This document shows, one piece after another, positions 26,064 to 38,900 of a stretch of 64,000 nt of DNA (its first letter is position 1; each line of letters starts with the position of its first letter). The position numbers and the translations under genes are program-made. Source of the DNA: Balanoglossus misakiensis (Eukaryota; Animalia; Hemichordata); contig CM082578.2 in assembly GCA_040954595.2 (NCBI GenBank), positions 17,748,628 to 17,812,627 on the forward strand. The letters are read 5' to 3'. The notes below the pieces were generated by a model that saw only the letters and a program-made list of their open reading frames with translations, was not told the DNA's origin and made no database searches.

Positions 26064-27005
26064 GTCTCTAGTACTCTTTCCTTCCATTACTTCATTCCCT
26101 TAACTGTTCTACTCACTATACTCACCTCATCTATCCACTGTAGCACCCCCTGTGCTCTTGAATCTCTCTTCTCTCTCTCTATCTCTCTAAAAAAATAAAA
26201 CTGTTTACAATAACATGTACAGTAGAATCTGCTCACTTCCCAACTGTGTATCTCTAGATCGCAGTCTAAATCTAGAACATCATGATCTTGATGACGTCTC
26301 AGTTTCAGAGTTTGATAATCATATTTCAGAGCTGTTGGCAAAGTTGTTTCCTATGAAGTGATATGATCATAATATATTCATAGTCATAGTTGGTCACTTA
26401 AAATGTATGTAATATAGTATTACCATTAGAAGTGAACATACCTGTATTATAGCATATTGTCACGTGTATTGTAATGTGATGGTATTGTAATGTAATGTTC
26501 TGTGACATGGTTGCAGTGCACATGTAGAACTTGTACTCGGTTAACACAATGCCTATTAGTGTTAGCTAGGTAAAACTGCTAGGCTATGGCACCATTTTAA
26601 AATGTGTAAATAGTAGAAATCAACTGTCATTTGACATGGATTTAATGCATGTGCTTTTCATTGATATTGCCCTGTTCTCAGTTGTCACTGCAGGCAATGG
26701 GACGGCCATACCCTGGATATAATGATATATATTGTTAATGTAGCTGCTTACCAGATCTAGTGTTTAAATATTTTTTTAAGTAACTATTTTTTCGCCATTT
26801 CACAAGCTTGCTGAAATATGAATGCTATAGCCACCCCCCACCCCCACACAACAGTCACTGGTTCCTCCCAATGTAGTTGCCTTCATTTTCCTACTAATCA
26901 CTGACTTGTTCATTTGACTAACTTGACATTGTATGATTGTGATGTACATGTATCTTGCATTCTTCTATAATTTCTTCTGGCATTTTATTCTTTGCAACAT
27001 GATAG

Positions 27006-27023
27006 GATGTTAGAGCTCATAAG
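27006..27023 (+). CDS. ERC1: Candidate 18-nt microexon (DVRAHK)
   Basis: Pyrimidine tract with TGC near the gatag acceptor, AAG|gtacat donor. Phase 0/0 between exon 14 and the terminal exon. Confidence 0.45.
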
Positions 27024-28252
27024 GTACATCTTCTGTCCTGACCTTTTTTGTTGTTGCATCTTTCATTTCACCTTCTTCATAAAAATACTCACATAATGAA
27101 GCGATCTTTTTGTCTTTGTGCGAGCTTCTTCTCACAACTAACACATTCTGCTCTTGTGACAGACAGGAATTCCCTCAGCCAACAGTAATTAATTTTCAAA
27201 GTAAAAGATTACATCGCCAAGATTTCATGCAGAATACATTCTCTTGTTCAAGAATATCTTGACACCAGCAATCTCATTCCTCTTATTTGTGTTTTATATC
27301 CTGATTGTGTTCACTTGAACACAATCAATTAGTTCCTTGATTTTCAATGTGCAAACGATGTGTTTGCATACTTCATCTACTTGTACCATTCTTTCTCTTG
27401 TATGTAGTGTGATAACATGTCTTTGAATGTGAAATTCTCACTTGGAAACTTACATTTGGGGATGTGAGTTATTCACTGATTAACACTACAGCCACCATTA
27501 CTAATCTTGGAAGGAGTACAAAGCCTATTTGAATTATTAAGTGTGTCTGTCTGTGTATGTGAAGATGGATGTTTTTAGACATTGACTGATTTTATTGCTG
27601 TAAATAATGAGATATTATGTTTGTATGTACATGTATTTTATCACCTCCAAATAATGCATTTATCACAGTACACAATCAAACCCGAATACCAGTAAACCTG
27701 AAAAATTTAAGTTGCAGAGATTATTGTATCTTATCTAAAAAAGACTGAGAAACTCGCGTACAAAGAGAATACACAGGTTTCAGTGTGGAAGGAAAAGAGT
27801 ACTTGAAGCAGTGCAACCTTATTTTCTTGGAATCATACATTATTTATTACCAGACAGTCTTTATAAGCCTTTGTCTTTTGTACAACAACATCAACCCCCG
27901 CAAACCACATCATCACACTTTAAAACATGGTCAAAATTAACAATGCATTTGGTACACCATATTTTACTCACAGTGGGATGTAAACTTCATGTAATTAGTC
28001 TCATGTTTATCCATAGACAGTAGATGGGGTTTATCACACATGTGTTTCTGCTTCCCAGAAAAATGAACAGGATGAATCTGTTTCTCACGACCTGTCTCTA
28101 AGTGTAGGCTATCTACATCCTCATCACATGATATAATACTAGTATTATGATGTTTTGCAGAAACAATGATCAAGAACCAGTACATAAATTGTGGTGATCA
28201 CAGTTGCCATGGTAACTCATCTTTTATTCCATATTTTGTCATCATTACACAG

Positions 28253-28279
28253 GATGAAGAGGAAGGGATCTGGGCATGA
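28253..28279 (+). CDS. ERC1: ERC terminal coding exon DEEEGIWA* (PDZ-binding motif)
   Basis: acacag|GAT GAA GAG GAA GGG ATC TGG GCA TGA. Matches the RIM-PDZ-binding GIWA C-terminus of ERC1b/ERC2. Confidence 0.97.
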   Translation, partial: DEEEGIWA

Positions 28280-31200
28280 AAATTAAAATCATGCTTGCAT
28301 TGGGTAAATTGCTTTCTCTGTCTTTGCATGTTCACTTTCCTTAATATGTCGGTTCTGAGACAAATGAATGCTGTAGTCTAACTGTAGGGGGCGCTGTGTG
28401 GTGTGTGTGTGTTACATGTAAATGTATTCATGTATTGTATGGCAGTGGGACTGTGATCACTGCAGTGTGAGGTGTTGGTCTTGGAAAGCTTTTGGTGACC
28501 GATAATCATCTCAGAAATCCTGCACAACAACCCGTTTTCTCACCTACTCATTTCAAACTGTCACCTCTGCTACACACAAACAATGGCTCGGCCTGTCAAA
28601 TGGAACAAAATCAATCGCCGCATCCATGCTGATTCACCTGTACACTGATATTGATCATCATTTTCGTACATGTCGTTTATCTTCACTTTACCCTACCTGT
28701 CACTCTCATTAAATTTATTCCTCGCCTTTCATGTAGTTCACATCATTTGAGCATTTTGATATCGCCTATTCGTCACGAACAAGTTCAACAGTTCCATATA
28801 CACATCCACTAACACACAAATCCCACCATCAATGTTTTATTTAAGGCACTAACACATTTTCCCCATATACTAATATTATCAATTCATGTACTGTGAATGG
28901 AAGTACAAATGTTTCATGTATTTGCAGACACGAAGTCCAAACTACATACATACATACATACCCATGACAAAGACAGACAGACAGACAACAAACTAGAAGA
29001 AAGGCACACAGACATATGCGTACATGCTCATAACCCACATATCAACAAAGACTAAGTTTTGTCAACAGCTTTTCCCAGTAACATTTCTTCCAAGAAACCC
29101 CCAACCCTTCAGTTAAATTAACCCTCAACTATCTTCTTTCAGTGGAAACACGCTCGAGTAGATGTGTGATGTGCAATTTGTAATTACATGTATATTGATG
29201 TTTTGTGTCTTTAGTTTGCCCTGTCAGTTGTGTTCTGCCCAATACACCCATGGTAATCAAATCCCTACATGTTTTCTTGCTTGCTGTTCCATTGCAAATG
29301 ATAGAATTTGATAAAACTGATACACAGTTGTTAAAATTATCATTTGGGTTAATTTTAGCATTTAGCCGTCTACCAAGAAGATGCTATCAACGAGTAGTTT
29401 ATGTTATGACAGAACAAAATTGTAAATATGTCTTTTGTTGTTTTGTTTACAGCAAATGGAAATGTTGTTTAATATTGCTTTGGACAGTGCGGTTAGGTGA
29501 AGACTGAGAACATCTCGGCCGTTAATTGGAATGAAGGATGTGGAACCCCTGTGTGCCCACTGCCGTATGCAGATGCGTCAGCTGATCTTTCTGGGTGTAT
29601 CAACACTTGATGAACACGCATTCAAAGTGTCTGCAGAGTTCTTGTAAATAGAGAGAAATGGTGTATTGTCACCTACAGGCCTATGTTTGGCTTGTCTCAG
29701 AATGCTGCACAGACTGGCCAGAAACACAGCACATGTGATATAAATTTGGCCGTCTTGCTAGTTTCATAGGTATAGTTGTATCTTCCAAAAAATAGAGCAT
29801 TTTAGTATAGAATAGAAGTGCAGAAAAAAAACTAATGTCAGAATGATTACAGCTTTTACCACAGAATGGTGTTCTTTTTTCAGAAATAAATGAGTATCGT
29901 CATATCCTGCCATCAGCATACAAGTCCCACCAATGAAAAAATGAAATGGTGTGTAAAGGACCATGCAATGTCTAAACCCAAATTAAAATTCGAAGTTGAC
30001 TTGTACTGAACCTTTAGCGTGCACTGTGCAATTAGAATGAACTCTTGTTTCAACACATTCAGAAACCACCGTGTAAGTTAAATAGAACAGATTGCATTTT
30101 TGTACATAAGATTATACGGGTAGAAAGGATACATGCAGACTCAACAACTTTGACAAGGTGTTCCCCGTAATGATGTCGTACTTCCATGGTCATTGCCATA
30201 TGACTAAAACTCAAAATTGTCTGTCTTCTCCCACATAAGTTTGCAAGTTTTCAAACCGCACGCACTTCACCCCAGATTCCATTCACAATCTTTTTTAAAC
30301 TTAAAGGTTATTTATCCAAAAAGGTTTAAAAATGATAGCATTTCAAAAGCAAAGTTGTTCATAAGTTTTAGTGCAAAATGCAGTGCACATTGTTCTGTGC
30401 TGGGCATCATTAAGCATTTGTTCAAATCAGAAAATGTCCTTTCCAATGTAGACTTTTCATGGATGTTATCATTGTAGTGTTTCTGTACCTTCCCAATGGA
30501 TGCAAGAATTTGGATTCTGGAAGGGCTAAAATTGACAATTGCCTCAGTATAGCTGATAGAGGGCAGTGTTCCCAAATGACATTTTGTCTACTTGTCCTGA
30601 ATGTATCAGGTCACAAGTACATGTATGATATTGACAGCTTGGAATTTAGACATTCACTAAAAAATATTGCTTTAGTCGCTTTCCCCAAGTCAAGTCTGTT
30701 TGGTATCCTTTTCGTCAACTTTTCCAGTATGTGCCTACTAATTGTAGAAATAGATAATGAAATGAATCGCACAAAATCAATGATTTTTACTGGCTTTTCA
30801 AGGCTCTGTATACTTGTTTTGAGTGATAGTGGGAACATTTTTTGCTCATCACTTGCACTGTTTCAAAACTGGATTAATACATTTTTGGTACATTAGGATG
30901 TGATGTTCTGTGCAGATGAACAGAAAAGTCATGTTGTGATATGTTTTGTACAAGGATGAAAACTGCATTTGTATATTCCTGTTGGCTGCAAACGGATCTG
31001 GGAAATCTTGCCAGATGCATGATGGAACAGTGACAAACTTGTTTAACATGTTGTACACTGTTGTCATTCCAATAGAGTCAAAATTCCCAATTCCATTGTG
31101 ATCCTGTTGTTACCCAGGTTTTGTTCTGTATGTAACATTTATTTGCATGTGAAGGCAAACTTTTCATTCAATGCCGACATGACATCCTAACAATCTCCTA

Positions 31201-32970
31201 ATCAATTGAATTTAAGGGAATCACCCCCTTTCATATTCCATCCTTTTGGGGCCCATATCAACCCATAAGGGAGGGAAGGAGAACAAGTGATGGAAGAGCA
31301 GGGAAGTTGTTGTACATATCTATTCCTGATGAAGTGAAGTGTAGTCTAATTATTGATATTCTGTAGTGACAGTGGTAGATCGAGAGAATAAGCAAGCACA
31401 CAGTCACATAGACACACACACACACCAACACACCCACACACACACATACATTGTTAAACCAATTTCAATATTATTGTGATCAGTCTACATTATAGTTATG
31501 TGGATAGATGAAAGATTAACTTGAGATTTTTAAACATGTTTTAAGACAAATTTTTGAGAAACTTCAGCAATACAATCACATTATGCCATTACATTCACAA
31601 ATATTGTAAGCATTTGAAAGCTCATTATAACTTGCCATTCAGATTTGTTTTAATTTTATTAGTCGATATATTTCAAAATAGTTTATGTGAACAACCACAT
31701 TTTTTCTAAGTTATGAAACTTTTTGGTCCCAATGAATAGACCGGTCTACTTTGACAAGAATTATAAATAGTGCAACTATACAGTGCCTAAAGTGTCATTC
31801 AAAAACGATCTTTGTAAAAAGGGCCCCATACTTATCTTATGGAAGTGTAAATCTTTTGATGGAATTCATCTCAGTATTTTTAAGGGTTATACTTTTGTTC
31901 TCTGGGGTAGTTTGGTGCAATTTCAAAACAGTTTGACAGATGAAGAATCAGTTTTGACTTACTTGATAAAACAATGTATTTCTTCAAAAGCAAAAGCAAC
32001 AACAAAATTTAAATTTCACAAAGTATGTCACTGCGAACGATTGGGAACTTCTAAATCCTTTCCCCAGCTATCATTGGAATATGTGCATAGAGATCATGTT
32101 GAACCCATTCTGTGTTTTACCATAGTGTTGATGACTTGCCTCCTGGACTGGTGTGACAACTGTCCTTAAAATTAGCAGTAAGACAGAATTCACTTTTGTT
32201 TCCCAATAGTTTTTGCTCCTTAGCTTCACTTGAATACTTTCTCCGTGCAATCTACCCATGGAGTTCATAAAAAAATGTTATTTTGTTATTGAAAAGGGGT
32301 TTGGGGAATAGTTTCACAAAGTGCAGCTGGTTTTGGGTGTTTGAGAACACACACCCCTATAGAGTATTGAATTAGACTGAGTGTGCTTGTTGTTTGTAGT
32401 AATAAACAAGAGGAAGAAACCATTCAGTGAAGTGTATGGGGTGGGCAGTGATTTTCAAGGCAGAACAAAATTTGTAGCGTCAACAGGTTCTACGCCTTTG
32501 GGTGTAAAGAAAATCTCAATTCATAGCAAGTGCAATTACCAGACTTTCTGAAATATTAGAGACGCCTGTTATGATCTTGTGAAATTTACATTGCTTTTAA
32601 AGGTTTAACTTTTATTGCAGAGTATAGTAAATTTCTACAATGCTTAACAACTCATAATTTAATTAATAATGCATATTATATAACTTTTTTTGAGTAGTGT
32701 TGATTTCAAACTTATTAGCATTTGTTCCATTGACTCTGTCCAAGCTAATCATAAGTATAGCCCAAGATTTGTCATGTGTTCTTTATTTCCAACTTTTGCC
32801 ATCATGAATTTGTGTTGTTTTGTATATTTTGTAATCTACAGTGTTATTTCCTGACATGTTTTCATATTTTTCAACCAAAACCTTCACTTGAGAGAAGCTG
32901 TTGGGTTGCCAAAAAGTGTCTCTCCATTTTGTTTTGAAATAAAGGTAATGAGACTGAAGATCTCATTGTC
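28280..32970 (+). other. Probable long ERC 3' UTR; candidate polyA signals AATAAA at 32401-32406 and 32938-32943
   Basis: AT-rich, CpG-poor sequence continues to about 32990 and then switches to CpG-normal just after the 32938 AATAAA. Inference only. Confidence 0.4.
31412..31446. repeat. Imperfect (CA)n microsatellite
   Basis: Directly visible. Confidence 0.85.
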
Positions 32971-35900
32971 AGTAGCATTTATTTGATGAATCGGTATGGA
33001 CGCAATTGTACCTTACGGGTGATGGATTTTTTTGAAAGAAGTATAAAGAAAACCGTCTGAGATGAACAGTCAACAGCGACATCTACAGTTGGACAAGGCA
33101 GACTACACATTAGGGTTTGGGTGCCTACCGGCGGCCTTTTTCCACAGACAAGCTACTCTGACGCCACGCCGTCAGCTGCGTCCCTGTGGTAATGTCTCGC
33201 TTTAACCCTCCTCCAAAACGCAAAACTGTTTTCTATCCATAACTTCAAGCAACTCAGAAAATCTGGGTTCATTTTTTCTTGCTTTTTTCGTGGGCGTGGC
33301 GCGTCGCCTCCAGTCAGGTACAAGTATACAGTGAACTCGACTGAAAGGAAAGTCTCGTGATAATTCTGGCTCATAAAAAAAATACTTGATCAGGTTTGTG
33401 TTGAAGACCCTAGATCTGGGCTTAGGGGTTCAACTTTTGTGATTCAGAATTTTTTTTTATCTAACTTTCTCTTTTATATCAAATGCAAACTCTGGCTTCG
33501 CTCGTAGGATGCTGATCAGGCATGCGGAAATGCAATTATAATTCCAATGACATTAAAGATATTGATTTCTTCGTTCTAGTTTCTCTCTTTCACCTAAGAA
33601 AATATGGAACCGAAATGTTTGAAAGTTGGCGTGGGAATCTTGATAGGTGGAGTGAAAAGCATCCAGTTTGCCACGGGTTACTCCAGCTTACAAAGTCCCC
33701 CGATGCAATTTCATCAAAAGCCGCATTGACTGCAAAGGGAAACGTCGGCTAGTCTGGTTCTAGGGGGTTAGGTAATGTTAACAACTTAGCGGAGATAGTA
33801 TTTCATCGAATCGCCCGGATTAGCTACGTTTCACTTGGGGTTCTGTAAGCATGCAGACAGCACATTGGCTGAGACCGACATTCTTGGGCCGCGGTGCAAG
33901 CATATTAAAGACCGTTTTCTGAATAAAGTCAGGAGACTTAACGACCTTAATCCAACTCGCAGCCAATCGAGCATATCGTTTAAACAGTCCAAGACCCCCT
34001 TCACACGAATTGCATGACTGCGTCCGAACATATAAGAGCCGAATATTTTAAAATGATAGGAGTAAAACAGAAGGGGAGGGTACATTTTTAAAATTTTTAA
34101 GGCGTTATATGTATTTGAAAATTAATTTGAGTGATATGAATAAATGATCAAATACTGAAAAGAAACTGATGATAAGCTGTGAACGACCACTGTGTCCCGC
34201 CGGCGCAGGAGGGAGTTCATGTCTTTCCCTCAGACCAAAATTAATAGTTCAAATCAACAGAGAATATTAAACAAACTGACTTATGCATGAGAAAAGTTAC
34301 AGGAATTTTACCGTGGCTATTCAGCAGTGATTTAACTAGTCTGCGCATGCCCAAAAGAGGATATATTTTACTGTTTTCATTGCAAACTCAGTTGAGTAAT
34401 TCGGTGTGGGGAACTTTCAAGACCTTCGGTTGTTTTATAAACTGTGAGTTCAAAAAGTCTGGATATTTTAATCGATAAATTGTACAAACATATGCGAACA
34501 CTAAAAGCTTATTTTAAAAGGCCTGTAACACAATCTGGTGTCCCTCTTTCTCCATTAGCCGGAATAAGTAATAAATTCTACAACTCAGAAATAGATGAGT
34601 ATGCAGTTTTTGTTCACCATATGACCGATCTGTTTATCTTGTCCTCTGTAATGTCACAAAGTGCAGGTGTTAGCACGTGGAGATACTTGGTTTCATCCAA
34701 TAACTCAACTCCGGATGAGGTATTCCGATACCGGCACCCCACTACCCCCCCCCCCCTTTTTGGCGAATCACGCTTCCCCCATTCAAGAAACGATATACCC
34801 ATGTTGCGAATAGCTCAGGTGGTGTCAACAAGTTTGTTTGGGGTCCCCGGCGAGAGGGCACCTGCCCCATGCGTGGGTGAGCAGTCTGATAGTTAACCTC
34901 TGAGCCACTCGCGTAATTGTCAAGTTTGCCGCGCGATTCGCAGCAACGATCAGCAACACACTGTATCATGTAGCGGCGGGTAACCATATCTTTCTGCGAG
35001 TTTAGCACAAAAACTCGACCGTATAATTAAATGTATTAGATTACTGGAGCCCATTCATTCCACTTCTTGTGAGGGGTTTAGCGCAGGCGACTCTCTACTC
35101 GGGTTCTCAGTTTTAAAAGTAGATAGGACGTTTTAAGACTTTAAACGGACGGGAATGTACCTGCGTTTGGATTTCAATTGACATTGGACCAACAAGGACT
35201 CAACTTGTGCACTTACGTTTTTATCGCCGCCGTCTCCCACCAAAAAACCACGTGAACATTATAACCCAGCAAGTTATGTTCATCGAGGAATATGATATAG
35301 GATATTCTTAAAAAACGGATAACTTCCAGAGGTGGAGCGAGAGGATAATCCTTCGTTTGTTGGTAGACGGGTGAGTACTTAAAGGAACACCTATTCTTCT
35401 AAAGTCGCATCTAAAATACACCACCGCCGTTTGGAGAGTTTATACCTTTTGAACGTTTGATGGCAAATTATTCTTGTTGGTAAGTGTGTCGTGTTTTCTG
35501 TTGCGACCGCAGTCGGGTCATTCTCTCTTCTATTGGTCTTTGTTTGTCGAGTTCCTCACTATATATACATGTATGTGGTCGCCCAGGTTTTGTCACCAAG
35601 ATATGACATTTATTTCTTTCATCAAGCAACCAACCGATCAATTTAACAATTTGTAGATTTTTTTCGGGGCACTGCCCTGGACTAGTTGTGACGTTCTCGA
35701 AGCACGTCACACGAGCGGCGGTGGAACACAGCGGTAGGATTGACTTACTAGTTTGGTTGACCGTTTACCTCCCTCCCAGGACACTCTGACATCTAGGCCG
35801 TATCTGATGCCTAATTAATTGGCAACGCGATACCGGATTCTCACAAATTGTTAATTGATGTGCAATGTCCATCTCACCTACCACTAGCAAAAAATAATAC

Positions 35901-38900
35901 TAACCGGAATATCTGTGAATATTTATAGGGTTCATCCTTGAATCGAATGATACAGTATACGAGTGTTTTATAACGCCGTGAATAGAGCGTTGAATTCTAA
36001 GCACTGTGTGTAGCTGTTTACGTGTATTTGGAAAACACACTGCACTGTGTTGTGTGTATAACTGTTCCATATTTGTATCCCATCAGGGAAAGAATTCCCC
36101 GGAGTTCGATAGAGTCTCGGGTTTACCACTTTAAATGAAAGGAAATCTTCACATTTCTTGATCCAGATTTGTTGCGCGAGTGAGATGTTTTCCCATAGGC
36201 AGGTGTACTTGTGTGAAATGACTGGCCGTCAAGCAGGCTCTATGGTTCACGTAGCATCAAAACCGTCGAGTGGAATGGATCGCTGCGTTTCTTCGTCTTG
36301 AATGCCGGCTGTTTGGCTTCGGCGCTCTGTTTTGTTGTCAGACACAACCACCACAATCGAGATAACCTGTTGTTCGCAGTGGTTTGTCGGCGGAATTTCG
36401 TTTTTACAATCACGCGCAGAAATGTCTGTAGTGCCTCGTTCTCTATTATACGTGCACCGGGACAGGAATTCCACACGTCAGTTTTAGTTTCGGGCCAGGA
36501 CGAGGATTAAAATGTTTTTTTAAAGTACATAGAAACAAATAGCAATGCAATGGCTAATAGAAAACCAACAACATTGACTTAGTGCTCCACTCCGGACTAC
36601 AACTTTCATATACAAATATCATCGTGACCAACAGGAATAACAAAGTTCTTTTGAACAGGTGGATAGCCTCCTCGGAATACACCCTTTTCGTGACCTTGGT
36701 CATGCGCAATGCACTTTGCTGTACTTGTGGTAGTGATCATAACGCTGTTGCAAGTTTCTGGTTGTTGTTTTTTATTTCGCTGATGTCCATGTGGTTTTCT
36801 TCATAGGGTGTTGTTTTAAGATACAGTTCGACTTTCCATCAAGGTGTCTTTGTGCGTGTGAAATTAAGGAGAACTGAAATTCCTGTCACACTAGCCCCTA
36901 CAATTTCTACTTCCAATTACTCGTGCAATCTTGGGCCTGTTCCAGAAGGAAAATCATTTACGGTCGCGACTGTATACGTCACCATTAAAGGCATTTGCAA
37001 AATATTTCTCACAGGTAGCCCGTCATGTTTTCTGAAGATTTCAAGAGTTATTTTTCCGATATCGCTTTTCAGTCCGATTCTACGTTCCCTTGTAAACGGT
37101 TGTTTATGTTCTTGTGAGTTTCTTATCCGCGTCACAGTCGGCCGAGTCTCTGACAATCGTGATGTATCATTTTAATAAACCGCCTTGTCTCTCTCCACAA
37201 GCCCAGGTTTAGTTTACTCTTGTTTACTCCTCTGACAAATGTTGATCTCTGACATGCGCGAACTCAGTCAAAAACGGCACCACGATCTGCGGTGTTTCCC
37301 CGGAGACTTCCGTTCACTGCGAGTGGTTAAAATCTACGATACTGTCAAGCATATATACAGAGTGTGTTTAACTAAAACAAACGCAAAGTTTCATTCATTT
37401 AACTATGCAGAAAATTTAGCGAAAGGAATTGAACTTCGACGTGGGTATCAAAATCCGACTACGGTGCAGATATCTACCACCATAAAATAAACATAAGTGG
37501 GATACATTAAGTGCGCATGTGCCCCCCCCCCTCCCCCATTCACTGATGAAAGTAAACCGATATGTGTCCCAGGCAAACCTCACGACACACTATCACTGTG
37601 CACACCTGACCCAAAACAATGGCATATATTTATTTATTTGTTGCTAAACTTTACCGAGTTTATTGCTGGCATTTGGTTCATATTGCCCAGGCACTTTTTG
37701 TTGGTATACGTGTAGCCGTTGCACTCGAAACATTTACAGTGCAGAACAAACGCCTTAGAGGGTATTGTATTGTAGAAGTTGAAGACAACGTCAGGTATAT
37801 TAAGGGACCACACAAATACAGGTGTACATTTCGCTCTTAAGAATGACCTGGAAATAGAATGAATTTATCAAAGGGACAAAACCAGCAACAGTAGCATTTT
37901 TCAACGTTTTTGTCTTGGATTCGAGCGCTTGCTTTACAAAAAAACCCAGCACCGCACGAGTTGTGTTGACAGGCCGACCAATCATTGGGGGAAACTGTAA
38001 AAGATGATGTCATATTTTGAAAGCGCATCCTAGTTCTCCAAGGAAAACCACAAAACAAGAAACATGCTGAAAGTTCTAATCGTCGAGTCTGTTATTCCCA
38101 TTGTCAGTATGTATGAAGCTGTTTCGTCCACTTCAGATGTAATACAGAACCATGCGAGCGAGCAACACACGTTAGTGTAGCCGAGAATACAAATAATGCT
38201 CTGGGTACATTTCACGGCCATATCGCTCCCTCCTCGGAGTGACCTCAATTGTATGTGCTCATGCCACCCTGTGAATGGTTTTCAGCTCAGAGAAATCCCA
38301 CTTCCGTTGTCATGGAAACCGGGCTCATTCGTATTCAGCGCGGGAGGCGACGGTGGTTGATGACTGTGCCCGGAGGTGTTGCAAAGGGCGGCATGAATGG
38401 GGCATTCTAAGCGGGACAATTAAGGATTGCAATGCGAGGGTTTAACACAGCGCACTAGAGTCACCGGTCGTGCTTTCAAGAAGTCAGAAAGTCCGCTGAT
38501 AGTGATTAAGACGCACTCCTCGCTCCTATTGTTGCTTTTGACCTCTTCAACTGTTGGCGTAAAATCGGGTGTTTAACCTAACTATTATCGTAGCTGTCAA
38601 ACAAGTTCTTTTCTTTACACATTGATACGGTGTGTCCAGTTTGCTTTTTGCGATAGTTAGCCTTGGCTTTTTAATAGTCGGAAATTCGTTGGCCATAAGT
38701 TACAAGTGTGGCGTGCATTTTTGAAGCGCATGGCAAGGCGACCTGAACAGCGTGAGGGGTTGGACCATATTCACTGCTGTCTGTGGTAGATCTGACAGCG
38801 CCTAAGTTTGAAGTTGGGTCGTGTGTGTGTTTTACCACTCACTTACACTTGGTAAGTGGTGGGTTCGATTGTTACAAATTGTAGGGACCAAGTTGTCTTA

